From Octopus bimaculoides (Eukaryota): 64,000 nt of DNA. The stretch lies in the NCBI RefSeq assembly GCF_001194135.2, contig NC_068982.1:4536823-4600822 (forward strand), in the 5' to 3' direction. This document shows, piece by piece, positions 50,332-64,000 of this stretch (positions are counted from its first letter, which is position 1; each line of letters opens with the position of its first letter). The notes below the pieces were generated by a model, which saw only the letters and a list, made by a program, of their open reading frames with translations, was not told the DNA's origin and did no database searches. Position numbers and translations under genes: made by a program.

Positions 50332-51888
50332 AAAAATTTCAGAAAATGTTTTAATCTTGAAAAATATTAATGTATAAAATGTTGGAGACCTTTTCTTTTG
50401 ACAGTGTCACTTTATCTGCACCACACAGTGTAGTTGTTAACAGATCTCCAAACAATTGTACATGAGCAAATTGATAAGTTCGGAATAACAGCTGTTTTAT
50501 GCAACGACTGACGTTAAGATTTATTGGCCGTCATTGAGATAGCTATTTGATTTAGAAACCGTAATTGCGTAAGGGTGAATGACAGAGTGTTGTCAGAAAG
50601 TCTCAGCTTAATTCTCGTAGCAATACCATGTTTTGCAAAATATTAACTTACAGCAACAATGTTGTTTTAAATCGTTGGTTCATTCAAAAATGTTATTCGA
50701 AGTATTGTTATATTGCAAAGCCCATTGGTTCTATTTTAACGACAACAAAGTTATGGATGGAATTACACTAAGTTACATCTGTTTAGGAACTTCACTGGAC
50801 AATTGTCTTTCGATAGTTAATACCTGCGCACTTGTACAGACTTAACTTTAGAAGAACTTCAATGTTCATTTGATCACTCATAGCCATCAAAAATATTTAA
50901 GTATTGAGCAACGGTAAGACGGTCTTATTTTTCCCAAGTCACGTACCTTTCTTTCCTTCATGCACAGTACTTTCGGATTATGTAATTTAATTTCATTACT
51001 TAGACTTCGAGAAATTCATGCGAGGATCCTCATTACTGTTCACCGATTGCTGTTGTTTGGTATTGTTTTTTTTTGTTTTTTTTAGCTTTTCCCCTAGGAA
51101 TTGTTTATTAGTTTTTCCTCCATACAATAATTTCTGCTACTCTCTTTAGGATTTCCCAGTAGACTCATCTTTGATTTTTGCTTCAATTTTCTGTCACCGT
51201 TGTTGTTTTTGTCAATAATGTCTTCGTTCCTGTCTCGCTAATTTTTTCTGTCGAATATTCTTTCCTGATTTCTATCCATATTATATATAGATATACAAAG
51301 ATTAATAATAACTAATTATATTTGTGATAAGCATGTTAGAACAAAATTGTCTGCTACGTCTGCTGTGATCTAGATATATCTACTGCCATAAAAGCAGTTT
51401 CTTGCGAAGTAGTGAAAAAACAATTCAAAAAAGTTGTCTTCATCTATAACCTGTCGGTAATGGTGTTATTGGTGCAAGTTCTCGTCAGTCAGATACAATA
51501 ACGGCTCCACAACAACATGTGGAGTGGTAGACATGGGTTAGAGATTAGTTGTAGACAATCTTTGGTACCCAGCCATTATCGTATCAACGAATAATAAAAA
51601 CTATAACCACATGAGCATAAGGAGCAGGTGATAAATTTGTTGAGGTCAATGTGTAACCTTTACACACTTTGCCAATATTTACATTAAACATAAACTAGAC
51701 AGGGCTAGAAGCGCTGTGTCCTCATCTGTAGATGTCCTTCAGCATTTTGCTAGTATCCGTAAGTTTGCAACGGAATAATAAGCAGATGTTTGTCACATCA
51801 CACCATTTATTCGGTTTTTAGACACCTTTTGCTGTCCTTACACACACACACGCACACACACACGTAATGCACACTCACACACCTACAC

Positions 51889-51947
51889 ACATACATGCAG
51901 ATGTACATACATGCAGATGTACATACATGCAGATGTACATACATGCA
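51889..51947 (+). repeat. 16-bp tandem repeat ACATACATGCAGATGT x3.7
   Basis: Seen directly in the sequence. Confidence 0.9.
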
Positions 51948-51984
51948 TACATAAATATATTTGCAAGTAACATACAGATACAAA

Positions 51985-52420
51985 TACTACCAGTTGGAAG
52001 CTCCATATGCCAGATACCAGGAAGCTTATGGGGTCATCAGGAGGGAATGCGCGCCGTTTCGGGGCCTTCCTCTCGATGGCGTTATTGTGCACCGGCGCAA
52101 CTCACTGACAGCACGCCCCCCCTTGCAATATCAACTGGTTACTAGACATCATTCAATATTTGTCTAGCCATTACCGATCGTCTTTTTTCAAACAAATCCA
52201 ATGGGTTGTCTTTCTCATTGCAGCCTGGATATCGCTCACCATGGTATTTGCTTTACGTTGAGTCACGCTTAGCGACAGCAACCATTGCTTTATACTGCTT
52301 CCAATGAATTCTCTACATAGAACTTCGATTGGGGAGTCATACACCGACCAAGTTTCGCACGTATATTCAATATAAGGAATTACCCTGCTGTATGATAGCA
52401 TATGGCAGCTGATAATCGTT
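51985..52420 (-). mobile_element. RTE LINE ORF remnant
   Basis: IPYIEYTCETWSVY (compare LPxLLYGCETWxxY) and PSRGRPR (compare GRPRxRW). Confidence 0.65.
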
Positions 52421-52519
52421 TAGGAGCTTTAAAATGCACGTTATGAGGCTATTACCCATATGATATTGAGTACAAGCACACATGCACACACACGCACGCA
52501 GACACACACAAACACACAC

Positions 52520-52608
<89 letters not shown>

Positions 52609-55597
52609 TGTGTGTGTGCTAGAGAGAGAGAGAGAAAGGGAGAGAGAGAGAGAGGAAGAGAGAGACTTAGGTAAAGAGAGCGTACCCGTAGAACGTGCCA
52701 TTACTGCTCAAAAATTACAGATTTCGAGTACGTGGACGAAGCGCAATATCCATGATATTTTGCAGCGCAACCATTCCGATGTAAATAAAGAGATTGATAA
52801 AACAATGACCAAACTTCAATATCTGTAGGTCAATATGATAGGAACAAAGACAGGGATAAAAGAAAACAGTGGTGGGTACTGAAATCTATCTACAGCCTGA
52901 ACGTTAGCCTCAACAGTTTCAGGTTATCACAGGAAGAAAACGAAAACACTTAATGATTCAAACTAGTTCCAATCTATAAATTGTCTCAAGTGATATGTAT
53001 TCTCTTAACATGAACTTTCAGAGTTTACATCGTCAAATTCTTGATGCTATTGTTTAGCACAAGGTAATCTGTAATTGAGTTGACCAATCACCAAAGGCGT
53101 TCAAGATGTGGCCATTGCGTACTCTTCAGTATCAGGAATTATATTATTTAATGTATTCTTTATTTAAGATGATAAGGTGGCAGTCAGGAGATGTGGGCTC
53201 CCCTACCTGTCCCTGTTTACTTTTGATTACGTTGAAGCGTCTCGTATTTATATCACATGTGCAATTTTTATACAAGTGTAGCTTGCATTAAAGGCAGTTA
53301 TCAACGGTTTAATAGATAGAGAATTATATTCTCTGATTACACATGTAATCCATTTAAATTTCAAATTGAAATACGTTTAATATTACATTGATTTTTAATT
53401 TTCAGAGTAATGCATAAGTATTATTCTAAAATATTTTGATTTCATATTTCTCTTTATTTTGCAACGTAATAGAAATAATCGCATACAAAATTATAGTTTA
53501 TTGGTTACGTGTGAAATGTAATTAGACAGAAATAAAAATCGTAGAGACACACACTCTTATCATTATATTATCGAAGACACTTCCTCATTAAATTATATTT
53601 TTCTGTCAGTTATTATCTATCATGATTTCTGAAGCAGTATGTCAAAAGCGATGGCTGCTTGCGTTATGGACCATAACATGGATTACAAATAATTTTTGGT
53701 GTAAAGGAGTGTTTGGTATGGCAAACATTACAATCCTCGTAAACGAGCTTAAAGGATATGTATATATATATATATATNNNNNNNNNNNNNNNNNNNNNNN
53801 NNNNNNNNNNNNNNNNNNNNNNNNNNNNNNNNNNNNNNNNNNNNNNNNNNNNNNNNNNNNNNNNNNNNNNNNNNNNNNNNNNNNNNNNNNNNNNNNNNNN
53901 NNNNNNNNNNNNNNNNNNNNNNNNNNNNNNNNNNNTATATATATGAGTGAGTGCGTATGTGGATGTGAAAATGAAAATGAGCTCAGACAAATAATTCAGA
54001 AAGGCCTGTGGAATGTAGTTATACAAGAAAGACTAATAATGGTATATTAAATAACATAAAAAATATAAGAAATTATTATTTTTTTACTGAAAATCTTCAA
54101 TTCCAAAGGGTTCGGCCAGTCTCTGGGTGGCAAATGAAACTCCAATTTAGAAGAGTAGATAATCTTTAGATTTAAAATCTAAAATCTTAAATCTTCATAA
54201 AGGAAAAGATTGTCTGATTGCTTGAAGATACGCGAACAGTATTTTTACGTGTTTGCACCCCTACAGACGTCATTAGCACAGCTATAACCTATCTTATATT
54301 TAACAGGCGAGAAACTTAAACATATCCAAAACCACTGGGATACAATCATGGCCTTAGTAATTTTCCTGAATGAAACAAAAGTGAACTAAAACAAATAGCT
54401 CGGAGTGGTGAGTGGTAGAAATATATATGTAAATGAAGTATAGTCCTATAGTTTAGAATTTCGCTTCGTTACTGCAAAATCTTGGATTCAATCCCAGTAG
54501 GTACTTCTTGGGCAAATATCACTTTCCTTAGCCGTGGATCGGCCCATGCATAGCGTGTGAAGTTTATTAATAGTAACTGTATAGGACTGCAACTGGTGTA
54601 TTGTGTTATCTATACTAACGAATTAAACTTGTTTACTCATTCTTTTTGCTGTGCATGATGATAATTTAAGTAGATTAAATGGATTTTATTTCCCTGGATT
54701 CGCTTTTCTTACTGGAGCACGTATTGAAACTTTTAACGGTGTCTGTTCAATACAGTGCTGAGTGTATTAGCATTTATTTTTATGGAAGCATATACATATC
54801 TCTAATAGGGTTCTTTATTAGAGAATCACAGGGTATCAAGTTATACATGTTATTGGGTCTTAATTTTTCAAATCTTTTATGTTGCGAAATTTGTATGAAT
54901 AAGTATGGTCCCCATGAATTTCACATCCTCTTGACTATATAAATAACAGAACACAACAGCAAAAATATAAAAATTGTGTAAAGTTAGCAAAGATGTTATA
55001 TCCAAAAGTTTAGAATGATACAAAAACAATTTATAGCAATAATAACTTTCTTCGTAAACATTCTATAGACTCAATGTAATAACTACTTTATATTAATCTT
55101 GAAAATACTCGTGACTGAAATAAATAGATGTCGCGCTTTTGAATACCAAACTTTTAATTTATTGTCGAAAAAATATTTAATGTAAAAGAAATAAAATGGA
55201 GAAAAAACTGATGTTTATAAATATATTTATAAGTGTTCTTTTGAGACGCAAATTTCTTTTATAATATAATTAATATTTAATGTTTTCCTTCCATAATATT
55301 ACATATCGATTATATTGATCCATAATCCTACATTCAGTTTATTGCAGCAGAATATTTATTTTATTCATATCGAAATTTGCGCCTCCAATCCATCTAACAG
55401 GAATATATTCTGAGGAAGAAATAGAAAAAAAAAATGTTTCTACAACAAGGTAACAAAATACACGAATATTTTATATGGAAAGTAAAAGCAGATGGATGTT
55501 CGTAGCCAATGCAATATTCAATATTTCGAGCTTATTTTGTCAAGAAACATTAAGATTCTAAAGGCTGCTGAAAATTTCGCATCGCTTCTAACCATGT

Positions 55598-55604
55598 GAT
55601 GATG

Positions 55605-55660
<56 letters not shown>
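55598..55660 (+). repeat. (TAA)n microsatellite
   Basis: Directly precedes a Dong fragment. Confidence 0.98.
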
Positions 55661-55661
<1 letters not shown>

Positions 55662-55666
55662 GTAAT

Positions 55667-55846
55667 GACATAGAGAATAGGAAGCCAGACATAGTCTTAA
55701 TCGAGAAAGAAAACAAACTATGCTAGATCATAAATATAGCATGCCCAACTGACAACAAGGTATACGATAAGGAAGAAAGAAAAGTTGAGAGATATGACAG
55801 GTTAGCTTGGGAAGTTAAGCAGTTGTGGTCGCTGTAAAAGATGGTA
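55667..55846 (+). mobile_element. Dong/R4-clade fragment, RLE endonuclease
   Basis: NRKPDIVLIEKENKLC*IINIACP.D....KEERKVERY..L..EVKQLW (PD-(D/E)xK-type RLE). Confidence 0.85.
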
Positions 55847-56072
55847 NNNNNNNNNNNNNNNNNNNNNNNNNNNNNNNNNNNNNNNNNNNNNNNNNNNNNN
55901 NNNNNNNNNNNNNNNNNNNNNNNNNNNNNNNNNNNNNNNNNNNNNNNNNNNNNNNNNNNNNNNNNNNNNNNNNNNNNNNNNNNNNNNNNNNNNNNNNNNN
56001 NNNNNNNNNNNNNNNNNNNNNNNNNNNNNNNNNNNNNNNNNNNNNNNNNNNNNNNNNNNNNNNNNNNNNNNN

Positions 56073-56220
<148 letters not shown>

Positions 56221-57475
56221 AGCTGGCTGAAAACTTCAACGACATACTAGCAGAGCCAGAGACAATGCCTGAATGGTTCACGAAAGGGAAAACTATCCTA
56301 ATTCCCAAATCCACTAAAACGGCAAAGCCACAAAACTGCACACCTATAACCTGTCTCTCTACAATTTACAAAGCCTTTACTGCAATAATATCGCAGAGAT
56401 TGAGTAAGCACCTGGAAAATAACAATCTGTTTCCAGAAGAGCAGAATGGACGCTGCAAGGGCTGATACGGCTTTAAATATCAACTAATGATCAATAAAGT
56501 CATAACTGAAGACAGCCGCAGAAAGAAGAAAGGCCTCAGTATGGCCTGGATCGACTACCGAAAGGCTTTTGATAATATTCCTCACACGTGGATCCTCGAA
56601 ACACCAGCCATGAACAAGGTAGCACCAATAATTATAAAATAAATAAGACACTCTATGAATAAATGGGAGACAGTGCTACAGCTCCAAACAAAAGAGGGAC
56701 TCGTGGAAACGAAAGCCATCCCCATTAGAAGAGGAATATTCCAGTATTCCAGGGAGACACGCTCTCTCAACTCCTTTTCTGCTTGGCACCGAGACCGTTA
56801 TCTGATATGCTAAATAGAACTGGATGCGGATACAAATGTTACGACAAAACAATCAGCCGCCTCTTATATATGGATGACCTAAAACTATACACTACAAATG
56901 ATAAACAACTGGAAACGCTACAGACAGTACAAGGATTTATCAAAGAAATCGATATGAAATTTGTCTTAGAAAAATGTGCCAAAGCAACCTTGAAAAGAGG
57001 AAAACTAGTTAAGAGTAGCAACATCACACTAGATAAAGCCAATGAAATAAGAGAATTAGACCAAAGCTAGACATACAAATATTTAGGAATAAATGAACTA
57101 AATGCGATACAACACACGAATGAACGAGAAAATAAAGAAAGTTAGATCAATACTGAAAACAGAGCTCAATGCTAAAAACAAGATAATGGGTATTAAAACT
57201 TTAGCCGTCCCAGTTATATGTTACAGCTACAATATCCTTAACTGGACACTAAACGAACTAACCAGCATAGACAGGAAAACAAGAAAAATAATGACAGGAT
57301 CTAGGATGCACCACCCAAAATCTGACATAGAAAGGCTATATATACAACGTAGAGGCCTTATACAGCTGGAAGACTAATATAAAATAACCACCATAGGACT
57401 GCAAAAATACCTACTCCAGAAGCAAGGAAAACTAATACAAATAGCCACAAAACACGAGCAAAACAAAAGAACTGA
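56221..57475 (+). pseudogene. Dong/R4-clade reverse transcriptase pseudogene
   Basis: PEWFTKGKTILIPK, PITCLSTIYK, EEQ.G, AWIDYRKAFD.IPH, RGIFQ/GD, YMDDLKLY (56867), KF.LEKC, YKYLGI, RMHHPKSDIERLY. Contains stops and an 8-nt duplication tattccag (56737-56752). Confidence 0.92.
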
Positions 57476-57597
57476 AACTTATTTAATAATGATCCCTGGC
57501 TTACCATCCATGCAGGAAGTACAAAAGATTGTCTTAACTGTTACGTCACACGCATCAAGAAAAGCGTTGTCGCTGCGGATTTTCTATCCTTTTCTCT

Positions 57598-57745
57598 TTT
57601 ATTTTCTTTACTTGCTTCAGTCATTTGACCATGGTCATGCTGGAGCACCGCCTTAAAAGGATTTTAGTCGAAGAAATCGACCTGAGGACTTATTCTTTGT
57701 AAGCTTACTACTTACTCCAGCATCGGTTGTCAAGCGATGGCGGGG
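57598..57745 (-). mobile_element. SINE family B, 3' fragment
   Basis: cagtcatttgac..catgctggagcaccgcc..gacttattctttgtaagc..catcggttgtcaagcgatg. Confidence 0.75.
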
Positions 57746-57947
57746 GGGGGGGGCAATTAAAAAAAATTATGTTTCCCCTTTTCTCTCTGTATTTCTTCCT
57801 CTTTTTCTTTATCGCATGACTTTGTAAATGAACAATGCAGTGTGTTTATTTTAATGGCCTGCTAATGTATACAGTGAGTTTCTCTGCCTTAGGTGTCAGG
57901 AAGACACTCGGCAAGAAATGGATACAGAACTGAAAGACGTTAATGGT

Positions 57948-58004
<57 letters not shown>

Positions 58005-59369
58005 TAATAATAACAATAATAATGAATATAATAATAGTATTTGTATATAGATTAAGGGAAAACAATATGAATATGATGCTAGTTATGACATTCCAGTCGC
58101 CTCAGAATCATTAGGATTAGCATACTACCATCACTGCCTAAAAATTCAAATAACAATAACAAAAATACTAGCAATGATATTAGTAATAAAATATTAACAA
58201 AAGTAAGAACGACAGAAATAATAATGATGATGATGATGATGATGATGATAATGAAAAGTTATATTATTATTATGAAACAATACTACACCATATTAGATGC
58301 AAGTATGTTTGTTTAAAGAATTCATGCATTTCTAGAAAATATGTTTAGTGATAAAGAAATGGTAATAAGATTTCATAGATGATAAAAAGGAAAGAAAATG
58401 TTTATCTATGATATTTGGTTGCACATTATATTTCTAACGACTGTAGTTAACTAAAAACATATCGATTGGTAGAATGGCTTACAGTAAAAAAAGATGAAGA
58501 TGTTTTTTCTTTACAAACAGGTTATGGTGCTAAAAATATTCTATCTCCATGGATGGATTTTTTTTTTACCAACCTTTCAAAATACATTGATTATAACAGG
58601 TTCTCAAGAATTTCTTTAAAATTAGCCTGACAAAATGTATTGATCTGTACTCTTTAGCTGATCAGAAATACATCTGCGGTTCAGCAACATCTCTCTTTTC
58701 GAATTTTGCATTTAAGTACGAAATAATAACGTATCAATTTTCATGTCATTCATAATATTAATTTTGATCTTCCTGTGCTAAATTGATACAATGCACTTAT
58801 TGCACAAAAACCTACAGTGACCACTTCAAAATTTTGAACACTGCCATCAGATAATAGATTCTAAGTAGGATACTAAAGGATATCGAACATTACTTAACAA
58901 ACGTTGCTTTCAAAGGTCATAAATGAATTCTAAAAAGACAATTTCTAAATTGATCCCGGATTGCTGCAAGTTTTTGATCTTTACAATATGAGGTCAATGT
59001 TTAAAATAGTCCATTTCTTCTGGTTGTTAAAAACACTTTATCAGAATTTTCTCGTATAATGCTTTGCAGCACGAATTGTATTAAAGGAGGAAATATCAAG
59101 AGGAAGTTGAACGAATAAAGATTCTATTTCGCTTTTAGAATCATAAATATACACTTTCAGGAGTTCTTTTTGTGTTCTGATGCACTTACATCAAATGTTG
59201 TCTTGCTTCACAAACGATAGAGATACTTATCTTTCGGATGCTGCATGTAGCTATATTTTTCTTTGGAATATGGCTTTAAAATATCACATACTCTTCAGAC
59301 TCTATCTAAAGCTACCTTTCACGTGTTACAGGACCATCGAGATATTCTGATTCATTTCGTCACCACGGC

Positions 59370-59730
59370 TCATTTATCTTTTACTTGTTTCAGTCATGAA
59401 ACTGCGGCCATGCTGGGGTAATGCCTTGAAGAATTTTAGTCTAGCGAATCGACCCCAGTATTTAATTTTCAAACCTGGTACTTATTCCACCACTAAATTA
59501 CGAGGACGCAAACACACCAATACCGGTTGCCATGCGGTGGTGGGGGACAAACACAGACACAAAGAAACGCACACATACTCACACACACAAACACATACAT
59601 AGGACGGGCTTCTTTCAGTTTCCATCTATCAAATTAATTTACAAGGCTTTGGCCGGCCCAAGGCTAGTAGAAGACACTTGTCCAAGTGAGACTGAACTAT
59701 GTAGTTAGGAGAAAACGTCTTACCACACAT
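59370..59730 (-). mobile_element. SINE family B, diverged
   Basis: tttcagtcat..ctgcggccatgctgg, gacgggcttctttcagtttcc, agacacttg. Confidence 0.75.
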
Positions 59731-60096
59731 GCTAATTTGTGATTTATTTTAAGAGCAAATAAATTAACGCTACGCTACCTTCTGGCCGTTTTGTCACCGC
59801 AATCAAATTACTTTTATCAACACTTCACGGCGACAAAACATTTCTCAAACTTTCCACACAGTCACAGCATAGAACGAATTATTCCTATTTCTTGTCAGAG
59901 TTAACGAGCATACATTAAATTTCTACAAGTATATTTGTTTGTCCCATGAATTATAAGAGGTATTTCTTTGTTCCATTAATAACAGGTCAAATTAGTAGAC
60001 AGGCAATAGCAGAAGTGCATTGAATCGATGTAATTATACACACAGACAATCGTACACAGATACACGACGCACACACACATACATACACACACACAT

Positions 60097-60134
<38 letters not shown>

Positions 60135-60679
60135 TCTCTCTCTCTCTATCTATCTCTCACTCTCTCTCTTTCTCTCTCTTTCTCTCTCTTTCTCTCACAC
60201 GCACACATACATATATGAGTGTGAGTCGAACTGGAGAGGTTGCGGGATCAACACCGTCTTGGTGCACGAATCTATCTATCTATCTATCCTTTGGCAGTCA
60301 ATATAGATTGATTATCCAGTCCTTCTTCTTCATAAAAGATTGATATTTCAGTGGTGGGATTGCACATGCACCCTCACTTATTAATGGCCTGTTTCTCAAG
60401 GTACGGTGGAAACATAAATTCTGTGGATGCTATCGACAATAACTATGTAAAACACAGGAAAATACATAAAAATCGAAGGAAACACCACACACTTGTTTCT
60501 TTATACCCAGAGATAAAATAAACTACACGTCTCTGTCTTAATAAGTTTGGGAAGATTTTGAAATTACGTCTTTATAAGCTTGATCATATTTATTTCTCTT
60601 AGTGGCATGTGGAGAAAGGGTTCAGTGGCATGGCCTTCACAAGATATCGGAGACTGGAAGAGTTGACTTTCTATTTACA

Positions 60680-61150
60680 TTAACGTTTTACATAGATTAT
60701 TGCAATCTGACTATAGGAAAGCTTGTACTGGGTGGGGCTTGAAGGATTACGTTCCGGGTGAAGAAAGAATTGACTTATTCGTTAGATCAGGAGTGTTGAG
60801 CACAACATGTACAATGAGAATGAGAGACGAGTGGAGGTGGTATGAATGTTCCCAATCAAGAGGGATATAAGTAGTTTTAGTAGTGGTGGGAAAAGGTAGA
60901 AGAAAGAAACGATACAATTGCATGGCGTCTCGCTTACTTTTGCATGCGATGTCTCTATTTGTAGCAAAGCATCGCCCGAAATGTGGAATCAGGACACCAA
61001 TGTAGGCCTTGTAGAGTATTAGTTGCTATTCGGAGCTGAAGAATATTTTGGTTCCAAAGCGAAATACCCGCGTCTGATGTGGTGTCTTTACTGTGCTAAG
61101 GATACGCATTCACCAAAAGCCATTCTCAGTGATAATCAAACGTATCCAAT
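60680..61150 (-). mobile_element. CR1/Jockey-group LINE 3' ORF2 remnant
   Basis: FFSSE*QLILYKAYI (compare QLLTLYKAQIRP) and NSFF.R near the 3' end. Confidence 0.5.
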
Positions 61151-62726
61151 GGAGAGATCACGATCACTAGAGTTGCAGCTACATGCTTTTCTATTAAGTA
61201 AAATATATTGTTAGAAAATAGAGGAAATTGGTTGAACGAATTCTTCTATTTCTGGTTATCTATTAATCGTGAATGTGTGTGCGTCGATATTGTCTTAGTC
61301 ATTTTCTACACTATTCGTTTCGACATTTTCCGTGTGGCTCTAAACTGTGAACTTTTACTATTTCAAACAATACTTCAGGTAATTTAAGAGAGAGATAGAG
61401 ATGGAGAAAGAAAGATAGAAAGAAAGAAAGAGACAGAAAATTAGATGTTAGGCTGGAGAAGCCAAACACAAAAATAAAAAAGTGATGAAACTATTTTAGA
61501 TATGTTACTTTCAATAAACGATAACTATTTCCTGTATGAAATACTGAAGTCAACTAAATTCCCATTCCACTACATTACCATTTCCCGTCTTCAAGAGCTA
61601 TTGCAACACCATTCTAGTAATTTGTGAAATGGCTCCGTGCACATTAAATAAATTGCTTTGATGCAGTTCTTTCATATTGCGGTGGCATATTTTAACACTG
61701 TTCAATGAAAATACAGAGGTTAATGGTTAGCTAATTTCAAGTTTAGATTACATAAGTAAAAATTATTTGACAATAACAAATGCTTCCTTGAATATATCCT
61801 ATGATAATCTTTCGTAAACCCTTTGACATTTCTCAGAATTCAGTTATCAATTAGTTGCTAACATTTGGTAGAAGCGGAAAACTAGAATATTACTATTTAC
61901 CCTATATTTCGTCCACAGAACAAAGACTCTCTGATAGTAATGTCATTAAACCAAGGTAAACAGGTGAACTTATCCAAGAAATTGGAACTTCAAATTTCCT
62001 TTCTTATAAAAAGATTATACTCTTGTTTTCGAATCCCATTGCAGCCGATGAAATATATTATTTGTTAAATAATGGGGTAGATTTCATCGAAGTACCCCAC
62101 CCCAATGCTTATATTGGACATGGCTTTTCATCACCGTCATCTCAATGATCTAATTATTTTTGCCATTATTCTCCCGGACCATTTTGTGGCTTTACAGCAA
62201 AGTAAAATAGTAAAATATATTAATAATAGATCATTCTTTTACTCACAAGCGGTTTATACAGAATATGACCATCCCCTAAGAATATACTTTTCTGACCTTT
62301 ATAAATACTTTTTCCATGCCATTCCTTACAACTTCCATAATGACTGGAACTACTTGCTATTTGCTGTTCTTATCGGGTGATGCGTAAATATGCTTTTCTT
62401 GATTTGTGAGATAATTTTCTTTCAAGCCGCTGAGAGTGACAAAACTAGCATTACGAGATTGGCAATTGTTTTCGAAGTCTCTCTTTATGGAGTCATTGAA
62501 TGAAGGTATTTGACGACGTCATACACTTGTAATGCTCTTCTGTGTAGCTTTACACAGAATATTCTACCATCACTGGACACCTCGTAGTTGTATCTCCTCC
62601 ACTCTTTATAAGTGACAAGCAGGCTGACCATATCCCTCAAATTAAATCCTACCGTCTTAAGAAAGGACGTATTGTTTAATCTTATCTTCAATTTAACCGG
62701 GACATCTTTAGTAATAGCTGGAATAT

Positions 62727-62771
62727 CTTTAATCAAAATCTACTTTAATCAAAATCTACTTTAATCAAAAT
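62727..62771 (+). repeat. 16-bp tandem repeat CTTTAATCAAAATCTA x2.8
   Basis: Seen directly in the sequence. Confidence 0.9.
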
Positions 62772-64000
62772 GAGAGCTGACCTGAGGTCAAACAACACTA
62801 ATCATCGTGTTCAACTTTAAGAAAAGAAAACAGACAATTTTGTATAAAAAAATATATTGTGAACATTTTATTCATTTCAATTGAAACAACCCGTGGTTAA
62901 ACTTCAGTTGTAACATTTGAGACATCAATGCTACTGATTAGTATAGCAATTACTACGATATAATTAATTTATAAAGTCTAGCTTTATACATTGTTTAGAA
63001 AGCATAAACAGGACTTGACGAAGTTAACTACATTTTCTGGTTTCCGACAGAAACAATTTAATTTTTTCATATACTACTAATATTTTTCATATATCAGATC
63101 CTTTGATATCAATTGTATAAAGATTAGACACCAACACACGGGAACACAATGAATTGACTTTTAAAGAAAAGGATGTTATACATGTTTATCTTTTCTGTCG
63201 ATGTTTAAAATTCACGAACGAAGGAATACATCAGAGAATATATAAGGTTACTGAGGCTTAAGAACAGTTTTCTACTTGACATTTAAAATGAAAATCATTT
63301 CGATACGTTAATATATTTATAATAACACATTCTATTATCGCTTTAATATTCGTCTGACTATTTTCATTGTGGTGTTGTCTTGTTATCGGAATACAACATG
63401 CAATGAAATACAACACACTAGTTATTACATAAGGCTAAATCAGAAACGATGCTTACATTCATTTGGAAAAGGTTAACCGAATCTTGCTGATATGATTCTA
63501 AATTTCTGAAGGTCCCCCATTGCTTGTTATGAAATATTTGATTTCAAAACTTCAAGCTAACTTTCTATTCTTTCGTATCCTAATGCACTATACTTTGCAA
63601 CACAATGGTTTCTGACAGCCAGAACAAAGTGTATTTGCCAAGAGAACGATGAAGCGTAGGTTAAAAGCCGATCATTGCGTCAGTACTCCAACAACTTATG
63701 ATTTTCGCAAGCTGCGAATTTGTGCAAATACTATACACCTTACATGTTCACATTAATGAATATTATGTTACTGATATATAATAATGGGAGATACAAAGAA
63801 AACGTGTTCGATTATATAGACATGATACTAAGTAGCGGATAAAATAGCGAGTTAGGAAATAACGGAAAATACTCAGAACGAATACTTATAGATTTCGTTG
63901 TTGTCTACTTGTATATTCACTAATTGTGGATTTGAATGGTTCGATGTTTTCATTTTTTTTTGTGTTTTTTTTTTTGCATATTTATATATTCATTTTTTTG

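Noticed and set aside
62105-62736. Two ORF-track ORFs on opposite strands
   Set aside because: No recognisable domain; at most a very decayed retroelement.

Overview
AT-rich, microsatellite-dense eukaryotic DNA with about 12 N-gaps. The SINE families and repeat spectrum point to a cephalopod, most likely Octopus (inference from repeat recognition, not a database search). I found no intact host-gene exon. Most ORF-track entries are microsatellite or gap artefacts, and the real coding signals are transposon relics. These are a near-full-length DD34D mariner transposase pseudogene (49160-50189), a decayed Helitron (26107-~27900), three Dong/R4-type non-LTR fragments each abutting (TAA)n tracts (28581, 55667, 56221), and RTE, CR1/Jockey-like and R2-like remnants. 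There are also piggyBac, Tigger, mariner and hAT MITEs, some nested, and more than 25 copies of three tRNA-derived SINE families. The most notable signal, invisible to the ORF track, is six type I hammerhead-ribozyme motifs of the Penelope-like/retrozyme kind with differing helix sequences. Two of them (38224-38278 and 45247-45285, minus strand) retain a complete catalytic core. Coordinates of decayed elements are approximate.
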